The notes under the pieces were generated by a model. The model did not search any database. It was not told where the DNA came from and saw only the letters and a program-made list of their open reading frames with translations. The position numbers and the translations under genes are program-made. DNA of 64,000 nucleotides, taken from an uncultured Acidobacteriota bacterium (GTDB taxonomy: Bacteria > Acidobacteriota > Vicinamibacteria > Vicinamibacterales > CAVPJW01). How positions within the stretch are numbered: the stretch's first letter is position 1; every line of letters begins with the position of its first letter. The stretch spans positions 64,789 through 128,788 of the forward strand of contig CAVPJW010000004.1 of the NCBI GenBank assembly GCA_963705525.1, read 5' to 3'. Shown in pieces: positions 40,325 through 50,100 of the stretch.

Positions 40325-41659
40325 TCAGGAGAACTTCACCAGATCGCCGATGGCGATCGCCCGGCCCTCTTCGATGCTCTTCCGGGCCGCGATGCCGGTG
40401 AGACACGCCATCGCGCCCGCGCGCGAGTCGGGCGGTGTCAGATGCGCCGGGACGTCCTTTCCCCGGAAGAGGATCTCCTGCATGCGCGCATCCCCGCCGC
40501 CGTGGCCGCCGAGCGCCCGCGGCACATTGACCTTGCGCCGTTTACCGAAGCTCTTCGTCAGATAGATCTCGGAGGGACCCTCGACCGGCCAGGGCTGGCG
40601 CTCGTAGCTCCGCACGTCAAGGCGACCTTTCTCCCCGTTGAATGCAATCCGATAGCCTTCGAACGGCATGAACGCATTGACTGAGTACGTCATCGTCGCA
40701 CCGTTCGTATAGCGAACGAGCGCCGTCATCGAATCGTAGATGTCGATGTCCTCGCGGAACACACAGCCATCGCGGAGATAGCCGTCAGCGGATTCGCAGC
40801 CAACGTACAAGTCCATCATCTCTTCGTCTTTCGTGATGTCGAAAGCGAAGCGGCACTCCGCCTTGTGCGGACAGGGGCGGCAATTCGTGTGGCGGAATGT
40901 CCCGTTCTTGCCGTACACCGTGAGGGCGCCTCGGGCGGTGACATCGAGCGGCTCGGCGTCGAGCCACCAGTTCGCCAGGTCGAAATGGTGGCTGGCCTTG
41001 TGCACGAGGAGCGTGCCGCTCCGATTGCGCAGCCGGTGCCAGCGGCGGAAGTAGTCGGCGCCGTGGATGACGTCGAGATACCAGCTGAAATCGACCGAGA
41101 TCACGCGGCCGATCTCGCCCGACATGAGCGTCTCCTTCACCACTTGATGCGCCGGAGCGTATCGATAGTTGAACGTCACGATAATCTTCCGGTTGTTCCG
41201 GCGTTCGGCATCGAGCACCGCCTGGCACTGCTGCTCGTCGATCACCATCGGCTTCTCGGTCATCACCGAGAGTCCGCGATCGAGACCCCGCACGATGTAA
41301 TCGCTGTGAAACGCGTCGACAGTCGTCACCATGAGGGTGTCGGGCCTGGTTCGGCCAATCATGTCGTCGAAGTCGGTGAACGTCGGACACGTCAGTCCCA
41401 TCCGACGCTTCGCCACCTCCACGCGGCGAGGATTGATGTCGCAGAGCCCGACGAACTCGATCAGGTCCGAGTAACCGCTGACGAGATTCCGCCCCCACAT
41501 CGTGGAGCCTCGGCTGCCGGTGCCCACGAGCGCCAGCCTGCGCTTCGTACCCTGCGCGTTCACGGAGAGCGGCGTGGCGAGCGGCAAGAGCGATGCCGCG
41601 CTTGCCCCAAGGGCCGTCTGCACGAATTCACGACGGGTGACCTGATGTTCCGTAGACAT
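40325..41659 (-). CDS. Tat-exported Gfo/Idh/MocA-family oxidoreductase
   Basis: ATG at 41659 after GGAGGAGG. VTRREFVQTALGASAASLL signal and the Rossmann motif LALVGTGSRGSTMWG. Confidence 0.8.
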   Translation of the reverse strand: MSTEHQVTRREFVQTALGASAASLLPLATPLSVNAQGTKRRLALVGTGSRGSTMWGRNLVSGYSDLIEFVGLCDINPRRVEVAKRRMGLTCPTFTDFDDMIGRTRPDTLMVTTVDAFHSDYIVRGLDRGLSVMTEKPMVIDEQQCQAVLDAERRNNRKIIVTFNYRYAPAHQVVKETLMSGEIGRVISVDFSWYLDVIHGADYFRRWHRLRNRSGTLLVHKASHHFDLANWWLDAEPLDVTARGALTVYGKNGTFRHTNCRPCPHKAECRFAFDITKDEEMMDLYVGCESADGYLRDGCVFREDIDIYDSMTALVRYTNGATMTYSVNAFMPFEGYRIAFNGEKGRLDVRSYERQPWPVEGPSEIYLTKSFGKRRKVNVPRALGGHGGGDARMQEILFRGKDVPAHLTPPDSRAGAMACLTGIAARKSIEEGRAIAIGDLVKFS

Positions 41660-41790
41660 GCGCCTCCTCCTACTGCCGCAGGTCGTAGAGGGGTCTATTG
41701 TCTCCCCTCGGGTCAAGTTGCTCCATCGAGCCCTAACGTGGCAAGTCGAATGGACCGAAAGAGAAGCATCGTGTCGGCCAAGTCATAAGA

Positions 41791-42726
41791 ATGAGAGGGA
41801 AAAGTATGCCTCGACTCTCCGCCGCTGCCCTCTTGGGTGTCTTGCTCATGGGGTCAACGACTGCATCGGCCCAACCACGGCAAGTCCAGATCTACACCTT
41901 CGTGATCGACCACGGGCTGACGCTCGCATCCCGAACCGACGCGAACGGCGAGACCATATCGGTCGCGTCCGGAAAGCTCCGATCGGTCAGCGGCAACCGA
42001 AAAAACTTCGATAATCAAGGCACCGGGCATGTCACGTTCTGGAATCGCACCGTGCCCGATCCGTTCTTCGCACCACTCGGCTCCCGCGCTGCGCTCATCG
42101 TCTTCAACTTCGACCCGACGATGAACCCATCACGCGGATATCTCGGGCAGATTGAAACACCAGCCGGACCACGCACGACCATCGGCGTGCTCCAGCAGAA
42201 CGCCAACGGCAAGATCATCGGGCCGTTTCCGTTCATCCGCGGCTCGTGGGTGATTCTACTTCCGTCGACCATCAGTGGCGCCAATCCCGACGATCTCGTC
42301 ATCCAGGCCACGGTTGTCCTCAACCAGAACCCCTTGAATTTGGGATCGTCCGCGCTGAATCTGATCGCCCACGCCGCGAACCCTCCGTTTGCGAGCGACG
42401 CCACACCCGGGGGGATGCATCTCCTGGACGCGGCGACCGCGATCGGTTCGTTCTACGGCGAGACGAATATCGGCGGCCAGACCGCGCCTGTGCGAGCGTT
42501 CTCGTCATCGCTCTTCCCAGCCATGTGGGCTCACCTGCTCGCGATGCCGGCTGGCGCCAACGACTTCACGGTCGTCGCGTGCTGGGATCTCGTTGCGACG
42601 ACAACGCCAAAGAACTGCGCGGTGTCAGGTGTGGGCCCCGCGCTTGGCAACACCGCCGGTTTCGCAACCTACGCACCAGTGGCCACCAGCACGAGGCTCA
42701 CGCTGAACCGAACACTGGTGCCCTGA
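41791..42726 (+). CDS. Secreted protein of unknown function, tandem paralogue A
   Basis: Signal peptide LLGVLLMGSTTASAQ. It shares long blocks with the next gene. I recognise no domain. Confidence 0.65.
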   Translation: MRGKSMPRLSAAALLGVLLMGSTTASAQPRQVQIYTFVIDHGLTLASRTDANGETISVASGKLRSVSGNRKNFDNQGTGHVTFWNRTVPDPFFAPLGSRAALIVFNFDPTMNPSRGYLGQIETPAGPRTTIGVLQQNANGKIIGPFPFIRGSWVILLPSTISGANPDDLVIQATVVLNQNPLNLGSSALNLIAHAANPPFASDATPGGMHLLDAATAIGSFYGETNIGGQTAPVRAFSSSLFPAMWAHLLAMPAGANDFTVVACWDLVATTTPKNCAVSGVGPALGNTAGFATYAPVATSTRLTLNRTLVP

Positions 42727-42757
42727 CGGCCAGCTAAAACCAAGGAGAAGGTTCACC

Positions 42758-43708
42758 GTGTATCAAACGTGTTCATCGATGCTGGTTGTGTCTCCCCGCC
42801 TGGCATTCTCCACGTTCCTTTCGATTCTGGCAGTCGCCGCGCCCCTCTCCGCGCAGAACAGACAAGTGCAGACGTTCGGTTTCGTCATCGATCACGGATT
42901 CGCCTTGAGCTCCAAGACCGACGCCAACGGCGAGACGATATCGGTGTCCTCAGGCAAGCTGCGCCCGCTCGTGCACAACGCGAAGATCTTTGCCAACCAG
43001 GGCAAGGGGCGTGTCACGTTCTGGAACCGGACAGTGCCCGACACGTTTTTCAACGGGATCGGATCGAAGGCCGCGCTCATCGTTCTTGATTTCGATCCGA
43101 TGAACAGCAATGTGAAAGCGTACCTCTCTCGGATCGAAACGCCGACCGGCGTCAAGACCGCCATCGGGATCCTCTTTCAGGACTCGAACGGCAAGATTAC
43201 CGGACCGGCGCCTTTCGTCCGGGGCACCTGGACCATGTCGCCCGGCACCATGTCCAACGGGACGAATCCCGACGACCTGGTGATCAAGGGGACGATTGTG
43301 ATCTACCAGTCGACGCCGCCCAGTCTTGGAACGGGCGTCCTCAATCTGCTTCCCCACTTCGCGAATCCCCCGTTCGCGAGCGACGCCACGGCCACGTCGA
43401 TGCACGTCGTGGACCCGAATACGCTGATGGGCTCGTTCTACGGTGAGACGCTGTTCGGAAAGACGCGCGCCGTGCGGGCCTTCTCATCCAACCTCTTTCC
43501 CGCTCTCTGGGCCCATCTGGCAGTGGTTCAGACGAGCGCCTCGGAGGCGCTCCTGGTGGCGTGCGCGGACCTGGTCGCCACCACCACGCCAAAGTTCTGC
43601 ACGGTATCCGGCGCGGGATCGACAAGCCAGACACTGGCCGGCTGGGGCTTCTACGCCCCTGGCGCCACCACCACGAGTCTCTCTATTGAAACGTTTCTTG
43701 TGAAGTAA
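42758..43708 (+). CDS. Secreted protein of unknown function, tandem paralogue B
   Basis: GTG start after AAGGAGAAGG and a signal peptide FLSILAVAAPLSAQ. Shared blocks with paralogue A: TDANGETISV, VTFWNRTVPD, NPDDLVI, ANPPFASDAT, GSFYGET, VRAFSS, DLVATTTPK.C.VSG. Confidence 0.65.
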   Translation: MYQTCSSMLVVSPRLAFSTFLSILAVAAPLSAQNRQVQTFGFVIDHGFALSSKTDANGETISVSSGKLRPLVHNAKIFANQGKGRVTFWNRTVPDTFFNGIGSKAALIVLDFDPMNSNVKAYLSRIETPTGVKTAIGILFQDSNGKITGPAPFVRGTWTMSPGTMSNGTNPDDLVIKGTIVIYQSTPPSLGTGVLNLLPHFANPPFASDATATSMHVVDPNTLMGSFYGETLFGKTRAVRAFSSNLFPALWAHLAVVQTSASEALLVACADLVATTTPKFCTVSGAGSTSQTLAGWGFYAPGATTTSLSIETFLVK

Positions 43709-43720
43709 CGCGGGAACAGA

Positions 43721-44380
43721 TCAGACGCTGAGTCCGCTCGAACGCGGACTCAGCTTGGCCTTCTCGACGGGTGTCGGTCGGCGGGCGTATCGCGTAACGA
43801 GTCGGAAGCCAATCAGGACCGCAACGATCGCCGCGTAGATTTGAGGCCGCTGGATATCGGCTTTGACCAGCCACCAGTAGTGCACGACGCCGGCGATCGC
43901 CGACAGGTAGATCAGCCGGTGCAGGCGTTGCCAGCCTCGCCCGCCCAGACGTCGAATCCATCCCGCAGTTGACGTCAACGCCAACGGCGCCATCAGAACG
44001 AAAGCCGTGAATCCCGCCGTGATGAACGGGCGCTTGACCACGTCCTTGACGATGTCGTCGAACGCAAAGAACTGATCGAGCCAGATATAGGTGAGAAAGT
44101 GCAGGCAGCCGTAGAAGAACGCGAAGAGCCCGATCAGCCGTCTGACTCGAATCAGTTCCAGCCACCCAGTGAGCCGCCGAAGCGGTGTGATGGCCAGCGT
44201 TGCCACGAGACACCGGAGCGTCCACGTTCCGGTCTCCTTCGTGATGGTCTCGATCGGATTCGCGCCGAGACCGCCGTTGACGGCTCCCCAGAGCAGCCAG
44301 GCGACAGGGCCCAGCCCTACCAGCACGAGCGCCGGCTTCACCACCCATCGGACCAGACGCGTGCCCGTCATGAGACTCAA
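43721..44380 (-). CDS. msrQ: Protein-methionine-sulfoxide reductase haem-binding membrane subunit
   Basis: 219 aa with YedZ-like TM helices and conserved His residues ([15 protein letters not shown]). Its start overlaps the msrP stop (ATGA). Confidence 0.85.
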   Translation of the reverse strand: MSLMTGTRLVRWVVKPALVLVGLGPVAWLLWGAVNGGLGANPIETITKETGTWTLRCLVATLAITPLRRLTGWLELIRVRRLIGLFAFFYGCLHFLTYIWLDQFFAFDDIVKDVVKRPFITAGFTAFVLMAPLALTSTAGWIRRLGGRGWQRLHRLIYLSAIAGVVHYWWLVKADIQRPQIYAAIVAVLIGFRLVTRYARRPTPVEKAKLSPRSSGLSV

Positions 44381-45327
44381 TAGTTCTTGCGCAGGTCCAT
44401 GCCGGTATAGAGCGAGGCGACCTGGTCCGCGTAGCCGTTGAACATCAGCGTCTTCCGTTTGAAGAACTCGCCGAGCCGCCGCTCGCGCGCCTGACTCCAG
44501 CGCGGATGGTCGACTTCGGGGTTGACGTTCGAGTAGAAGCCGTACTCAGAGGCATTCGACTCCTGCCAGGTGTTCAGAGGCTGCTTCTCGACGAAGCGGA
44601 TCTTGACGATGGACTTGATGCTCTTGAAACCGTACTTCCAGGGGACGACGAGGCGAATCGGCGCGCCATCCTGATTGGGCAGCACTTCGCCGTAGAGCCC
44701 GACGGCCAGGAGGCTCAGTGGGTGCATCGCTTCGTCCATCCTCAAGCCCTCGACATACGGCCACTTCAACACCGCGCGCTGTTGTCCCGGCATCTGCTTC
44801 GGATCGTACAGCGTCGTGAACTCCACATACTTGGCGCGTGACGTCGGTTCGACCCGCCTGATGAGATCGGCAAGAGGAAATCCCACCCAGGGGATGACCA
44901 TCGACCACGCTTCGACGCAGCGGAGACGATACACGCGCTCTTCGAGGGTCGCGGGAACGATGTCTTCCAGATGATAGACAGCGGGCTTCGCCACCTCACC
45001 CTCGATGGCGACCGACCATGGCTTGGGACGGAGTGTGCCCGCATAACGAGACGGCGAGTCCTTGTCGATGCCGAACTCGTAGAAATTGTTGTACGTCGTG
45101 ATGTCTTCGTAGGGCGTCCATGTCTCGGTCGTCGTGTACTTCGTCTTCTGGACGTTGGGCAGCTTGGCGCGTCCACTCCCTTGAGCCTCCGCGACGGGAG
45201 CGAGTGCAGACACCGCCGTGCCGACGAAGCCTGCGGCCCCGAGACGGATGAACTCCCGTCGTCGAACATACAAGGCACGATTGGTAATTTCAGAGGATCG
45301 AATGTCAGGGGTCTTCCGAATGAGCAT
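44377..45327 (-). CDS. msrP: Protein-methionine-sulfoxide reductase molybdopterin catalytic subunit
   Basis: Tat signal [12 protein letters not shown], with [26 protein letters not shown] and [20 protein letters not shown]. Confidence 0.9.
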   Translation of the reverse strand: MLIRKTPDIRSSEITNRALYVRRREFIRLGAAGFVGTAVSALAPVAEAQGSGRAKLPNVQKTKYTTTETWTPYEDITTYNNFYEFGIDKDSPSRYAGTLRPKPWSVAIEGEVAKPAVYHLEDIVPATLEERVYRLRCVEAWSMVIPWVGFPLADLIRRVEPTSRAKYVEFTTLYDPKQMPGQQRAVLKWPYVEGLRMDEAMHPLSLLAVGLYGEVLPNQDGAPIRLVVPWKYGFKSIKSIVKIRFVEKQPLNTWQESNASEYGFYSNVNPEVDHPRWSQARERRLGEFFKRKTLMFNGYADQVASLYTGMDLRKNY

Positions 45328-45522
45328 GGAACCTCGCTATGCCTGAGGACACCAGACGTCGCAAGACGGGTCGCTACTCATTGGATGCATGACGGCGCGT
45401 CTCCGATTCAGGCGGGGCCTGGCTTTCCTTCTATGGTCGTAAGGCCATCTCCGGCACGATCTTACGCCCTCTGTGGACTATTACGTCCGCCGGGGAGGAA
45501 TGGATGGGCCAGAGGAGTTTTC

Positions 45523-47028
45523 CTAGCGGATTTCGGTCCAGTGTCGTCCCGCGGCGATCTGCCGGTCGAAGCAGGCCGCTGCGCGCACGGTGGCATCCCG
45601 AAAGGCGCCCGGCGAGGCGGACGCCACGAGCTCGAAGTCGGAGGGACACGTGAGCCGCGCGGGAGCAGGACCGACCAGGTGGTCGCCGAAGTGCATCGCG
45701 GCGCCTTCCTTGACCCATTCGGGCCGCCCCTCGAGCAGCGGCGACGTCACCGTCCGCGCGATCTCGCGTCGAAGCACGCGCTCCAGATCGCCGCGGCTCC
45801 GCAGCACGCTGACCGGCAGGAGCTGAACTTCGCGCCCGCTCGTCGTCGCGCCGACCCACCAGGGTTGCGTCGAGTATCGACGGAAGCTCTCGATGCTTGG
45901 GTGGAACCTGATGGTCAGACGGCCAGGCTGCTTCATTCCGGCGCGCGCCACGACCTCGCCAACGATCGCCGTCACGAGGTGCTCGATTTGAGGGCGCTCG
46001 GACTCGGCTCCTTCAGGGAGCGCAATGCTGATCGCACTCGTTGCCGGCACTCGGACCGCCGGACTCGGCGTTGAAGCCGCCATGGCCATCATGTTCTTCG
46101 TCGCGGGCCCAATAGCCAGCCCGGGAAAGTATCGGGTGAGAATCGTCTGTGCGCTCTGGCCCTGCTCCGCGAGGCGCGCCGAGCCCATCACACAAAGCCC
46201 CACACCGTGTCCGGCGCCGTGACCCGCAAAGTGGTACGTGGAACCCATCCGCCTGACGTCGAACGCCGCGCTCTTGAGCAGGCGCCAGTCGAGCGCCTGA
46301 CCGATGACGAGGCGGAGATCCGACCCGGATATTTCGGCGGGCTGCAGACCGTCGATGATCATGCGAGCCACGCGCCCGGAGCCCGTGCGCGCCACAATCC
46401 GAAGATTCGTAACGCGATTTCCGCGATAGCCGGAGGCGTGCAGGGCTCGTGTGAGATCCTCACTTGAAATGTCCGACTCCCACGCGGGCTCGGAGTTGCA
46501 CGCGGGATCCGGTTTCGACACGATGAACGGCAGATCCCGAGCTCGCGGCCACACCGCGGAGGCCCGCTCCGAGTAACCACCGCACGACGCGCTATAGAAG
46601 ACCTGAGCCGGCTGGCCGTTGAACAGCAGCACCCTCGAGGCCGTCGCATCCGCACTCGCCCGGGTCGCCGTGGTCGCCAGTCGCAGCACCTGGCAATGCG
46701 TGGTGTTACAGAGATCGAATCCGTCGGCGGCGTGGCGAGTTTTGTTGGCCAGGGCAAACGTGCGCGCGGTGATGGCAAGCGTCTCGAGGGCCGCCGGATT
46801 GCTCCTGGCCGCGGCTTCACCGGCGACGACCTGGGCCACATAGTCCTCGAGCCCGATCGTCCGCACCTCGTACCCGCCGCCGGGCCTCGGCGTTCCCACC
46901 CTGATCGACGAGATGTCCACGGGATCACCGGCCGCACGCCGGCGCGACGTGTTCCCATCCTGTCCGTGAATGGGCTGCGTGACGAGCACAGTCGCGGCGA
47001 CGAGCAACGCCAATCGATACCCTTTCAT
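45523..47028 (-). CDS. SpoIID/LytB-domain protein with an extra C-terminal domain
   Basis: It has a signal peptide. The SpoIID-type motifs VFYSASCGGYSE and GHGAGHGVGLCVMGS are present. The ATG at 47028 shares one base with the upstream stop. Confidence 0.75.
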   Translation of the reverse strand: MKGYRLALLVAATVLVTQPIHGQDGNTSRRRAAGDPVDISSIRVGTPRPGGGYEVRTIGLEDYVAQVVAGEAAARSNPAALETLAITARTFALANKTRHAADGFDLCNTTHCQVLRLATTATRASADATASRVLLFNGQPAQVFYSASCGGYSERASAVWPRARDLPFIVSKPDPACNSEPAWESDISSEDLTRALHASGYRGNRVTNLRIVARTGSGRVARMIIDGLQPAEISGSDLRLVIGQALDWRLLKSAAFDVRRMGSTYHFAGHGAGHGVGLCVMGSARLAEQGQSAQTILTRYFPGLAIGPATKNMMAMAASTPSPAVRVPATSAISIALPEGAESERPQIEHLVTAIVGEVVARAGMKQPGRLTIRFHPSIESFRRYSTQPWWVGATTSGREVQLLPVSVLRSRGDLERVLRREIARTVTSPLLEGRPEWVKEGAAMHFGDHLVGPAPARLTCPSDFELVASASPGAFRDATVRAAACFDRQIAAGRHWTEIR

Positions 47029-47705
47029 CAACTCCCCAATCCCAGAAACGACGATACGTCGCGCCAGATTTCTTCCAAGCTGTTCGTCAGCTGATGCCCA
47101 TCATCCACCATGTGGAGCGTCACGTTCGGGCGCCCGGCCGCAAAGGCCTGGACAACGGCGGGATCGATCGTGTCGTCTCCACGCCCCTGAATAATCAGCG
47201 TTGGAACGGCTATTCGTATCGGCACCGATTTGTATCGCTCGGCATCCTCGAACATGGCGTACTCGAGGTGGCGCATTTCCCCAAGTGCATAGTGAAACAC
47301 ATCCAGGCGATTCGTGTCGCGCCACGAACGCACCTGCGGACCAATCTCCGGATCGGCCTGCAGATCTACCTCGACAGCAGGAGCCAGCAGCACGAGGCTT
47401 TCTATCGGACGTTCGAGGGCGGACTTGTCATGTTCGGCGGCGCGGCTCGCCACATGAAGCGCGACGAACGCGCCGAGGCTCGATCCAATCAGCACGACCG
47501 GACCTTCTGGCGCGTCCTGAATCTCATGCTCCATCTGCTCGACCATCCGGGTGACGGTGAGCGTCGAGAAGTCCGGCCCGTTGAGATCAGGGCACTTGAA
47601 CACGAGTCCGAGACTCTCGAATCGCGAAGCCAGGAACACCGCCTTGGATGACTGTGGGGAAGAGGCGAACCCGTGCAGGTAGAAGACCGACGGCCGGGCT
47701 GTCAC
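47028..47705 (-). CDS. YqiA-like alpha/beta-fold esterase
   Basis: VFYLHGFASSPQSSK and the GSSLGAF nucleophile elbow. A GTG at 47705 is preferred over the ATG at 47786, which would overlap the divergent gene. Confidence 0.55.
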   Translation of the reverse strand: MTARPSVFYLHGFASSPQSSKAVFLASRFESLGLVFKCPDLNGPDFSTLTVTRMVEQMEHEIQDAPEGPVVLIGSSLGAFVALHVASRAAEHDKSALERPIESLVLLAPAVEVDLQADPEIGPQVRSWRDTNRLDVFHYALGEMRHLEYAMFEDAERYKSVPIRIAVPTLIIQGRGDDTIDPAVVQAFAAGRPNVTLHMVDDGHQLTNSLEEIWRDVSSFLGLGS

Positions 47706-47834
47706 GCGGGACGACCCTCGAGACGAGGCCGCGCAAATCTGTGCAGCCGCGCGAGACCGGCTGAAATCCTGAACACGGCAGGCCACGGCCCAAGTAGAAT
47801 CGGCGTGCCCGGTTCTCTACCAGGAGGTTCCATC

Positions 47835-49034
47835 GTGCGCTCAAGGACAATGCTCGTCGCGTTGACCCTCATACTCCTTCAGGTGACGTCTATGCCCGCT
47901 CAGAAACAGATTATCGGCACTCCCCCAGCCTCGGGACTGCCTTTCAGCCCGGCCGTCAAGGCGGGCGGCTTGATCTTCGTGGCTGGCACCCTGGGCACCG
48001 ACGCCCAGGGCAAGATTGTCGGCCCCGACGTGAAGGCACAGACCAAACAGGTGCTCGACAACATCTCGGCCGTCCTGAAGTCCGCAGACTCCAGCCTGGA
48101 CCGGGCCGCCTCCGTCTATGTGTACCTCAAGCACGCCTCGGATTTTCCGGCGATGAATGAAGTGTACAAGACATACTGGAAGGCGGACCTGCCCGCGAGA
48201 ACGACAGTCGAGGCCAGTCTCGTGCTGCCCGATGCGCTCGTCGAGATTTCGATGATCGCGATACCGAACGGCGCGGAGCGCCGCGTCATCCAGCCGCCTG
48301 ACTGGCTTGCCTCGCCCAACCCGTACAGCTACGGCATCAAGTCGGGCAACACGCTGTTCCTCTCGGGCCTGGTGTCGCGCAACGGCAAGGACAACTCCGT
48401 CGTGCCTGGCGACATGCCCACGCAAACGAAAACCGTGCTCGATAACGGCGGCGCCATTCTCAAGGCCGCCGGAATGAGCTACAGCGATGTCGTCAGCGCG
48501 CGCGTCTACATCACCGATACCGCGCTCTTCCAGGATATGAATACGGCCTATCGCACGTATTTTCCGAAGGACCCTCCGGCCCGTGCGACGGTGCGTGCGC
48601 CGCTCATGGGCGCGCAGTATCTCGTCGAGATCACGATGGTCGCGGTGCAGGGCACGGACCGGCAGGCCTTCGTGACACCGAACGCGGATGGAACCCCCGG
48701 CCAGCCCAATCCCAATCTCAGCTCGGCCATTCGCGTCGGCAATCGCTTGTATGTGTCCGGCATGCTTGGAAACACCGACGCCACCAAGGGCGATGCCAAG
48801 GCGCAGACCGTCGAGACGCTGGCGCGAATCGGGCGGACCCTGAAGGCCGCGGGCTTCGACTGGTCGCACGTCGTCGACGGCATCGTGTACCTGCCGGACC
48901 TCGCGAATTTCCCGGCCATGAACCAGGGCTACCGGGAAACCTTCACGAAGGACTTTCCGGCCCGGGCGACCGTCAGCGCCGGCCTCGTAGCCCCCGACGG
49001 GATGGTGGAGATCATGTATACCGTCATCAAGTAG
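47835..49034 (+). CDS. Signal-peptide protein made of three tandem RidA/YjgF/L-PSP domains
   Basis: GTG at 47835, 7 nt after AGGAGG. The signal peptide is MLVALTLILLQVTSMPAQ. Three ~120-aa units each carry the ...PARTTV/PARATV...VEI... RidA pattern. Confidence 0.8.
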   Translation: MRSRTMLVALTLILLQVTSMPAQKQIIGTPPASGLPFSPAVKAGGLIFVAGTLGTDAQGKIVGPDVKAQTKQVLDNISAVLKSADSSLDRAASVYVYLKHASDFPAMNEVYKTYWKADLPARTTVEASLVLPDALVEISMIAIPNGAERRVIQPPDWLASPNPYSYGIKSGNTLFLSGLVSRNGKDNSVVPGDMPTQTKTVLDNGGAILKAAGMSYSDVVSARVYITDTALFQDMNTAYRTYFPKDPPARATVRAPLMGAQYLVEITMVAVQGTDRQAFVTPNADGTPGQPNPNLSSAIRVGNRLYVSGMLGNTDATKGDAKAQTVETLARIGRTLKAAGFDWSHVVDGIVYLPDLANFPAMNQGYRETFTKDFPARATVSAGLVAPDGMVEIMYTVIK

Positions 49035-49099
49035 GCTTCAACCTTTGCGCTGCTGCATTCGTCTAAGACGGGTGTTCCAGAGTTTCTGAAGGAGCACCC

Positions 49100-49954
49100 A
49101 TGCAGCTTCGGCATGCCATCACGTCGATCGGCGTTCTCATTCTGACCGCGGCGACGGCGTCGGGCCTTGGCCGCGTTGCCCGGTCGCACGCCCCCGACTC
49201 CGTCGCCGGCACCTCGCAGGAACAGGCGTCCGCGCGAGACTTCACGTGGCACGGCCAGCTAGCCGACGGAAAGACTTTGGAGATCAAGGGCGTCAACGGA
49301 TCGGTGCGAGCCGTTCCGGCGAAGGGGGCGGAAGCGGAAGTCGTCGCTGCACGTCGGGGCCGGCGGAACGATCCCGACAGCGTCAGGATCGAGGTCGTCC
49401 CGCACGCCGATGGCATCACCATTTGCGCCGTGTATCCGGACACTGACGGTGAGCACAACACCTGCGAGCCCGGTGCCGGCGGCCACATGAAGGTGAACAA
49501 CAACGACGTCAAGGTGGATTTCACGGTGTCGGTGCCCTCTGGCGTCCAGTTCGTGGGCCGGACCGTGAACGGCGACGTGTCGGCGGAACCCTTGACGGCG
49601 AACGCCGAGGCGTACACGGTCAACGGATCCGTGCGCGTGGTCACGTCTGGATATGCGCAGGCTGAAACGGTCAACGGTTCGATCACGGCCACGCTCGGCC
49701 GGAGCAACTGGGCCGACACCTGCGAATTCCGCACCGTGAATGGCGGCATCACGCTCGACCTGCCTGCCGACCTCGCGACGCTCGTCAGAGCCGAAACCGT
49801 CAACGGTGAAATCTCCAGCGACTTTCCGATGACCATCACGGGTCGATTCAGCCCGCGCAAACTGCGCGCCACGATCGGGTCGAGCGACACAACACGTCGT
49901 GAGCTCGAGCTCGAGACGGTGAACGGCAGCATTCGTCTGCGACGCGCGCCGTAA
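49100..49954 (+). CDS. DUF4097-like beta-strand repeat protein (putative adhesin fold)
   Basis: It has a signal/anchor segment. TVNGS/VNGGI/VNGEI strands repeat, ending in LETVNGSIRLRRAP. Confidence 0.6.
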   Translation: MQLRHAITSIGVLILTAATASGLGRVARSHAPDSVAGTSQEQASARDFTWHGQLADGKTLEIKGVNGSVRAVPAKGAEAEVVAARRGRRNDPDSVRIEVVPHADGITICAVYPDTDGEHNTCEPGAGGHMKVNNNDVKVDFTVSVPSGVQFVGRTVNGDVSAEPLTANAEAYTVNGSVRVVTSGYAQAETVNGSITATLGRSNWADTCEFRTVNGGITLDLPADLATLVRAETVNGEISSDFPMTITGRFSPRKLRATIGSSDTTRRELELETVNGSIRLRRAP

Positions 49955-50100
49955 CGAATTTCTGGCACGCGGCCTGGAAAAGCGCGAAGCGTGCTGCCCT
50001 GTAGCCCGAAGCCTGTAGCCAGACGCCTGCAAGGATCAGTGAGTGCCTTTCAAGCCGCCCTTCTGATACAGTTGATGGCTGTTGTCCGTCAGGAGGAGCA

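Noticed and set aside
43727-43754. An 11-bp perfect hairpin (gctgagtccgc / gcggactcagc) 19 nt after the stop of paralogue B.
   Set aside because: It lies within the last codons of msrQ and has no flanking T-run on either strand. It may act as a terminator, but I cannot support that.
49963-49978. TGGCAC-N5-CTGGA, a sigma54-like element upstream of the radical SAM gene.
   Set aside because: The -12 element lacks the conserved GC of TTGC. No enhancer-binding protein gene is nearby.
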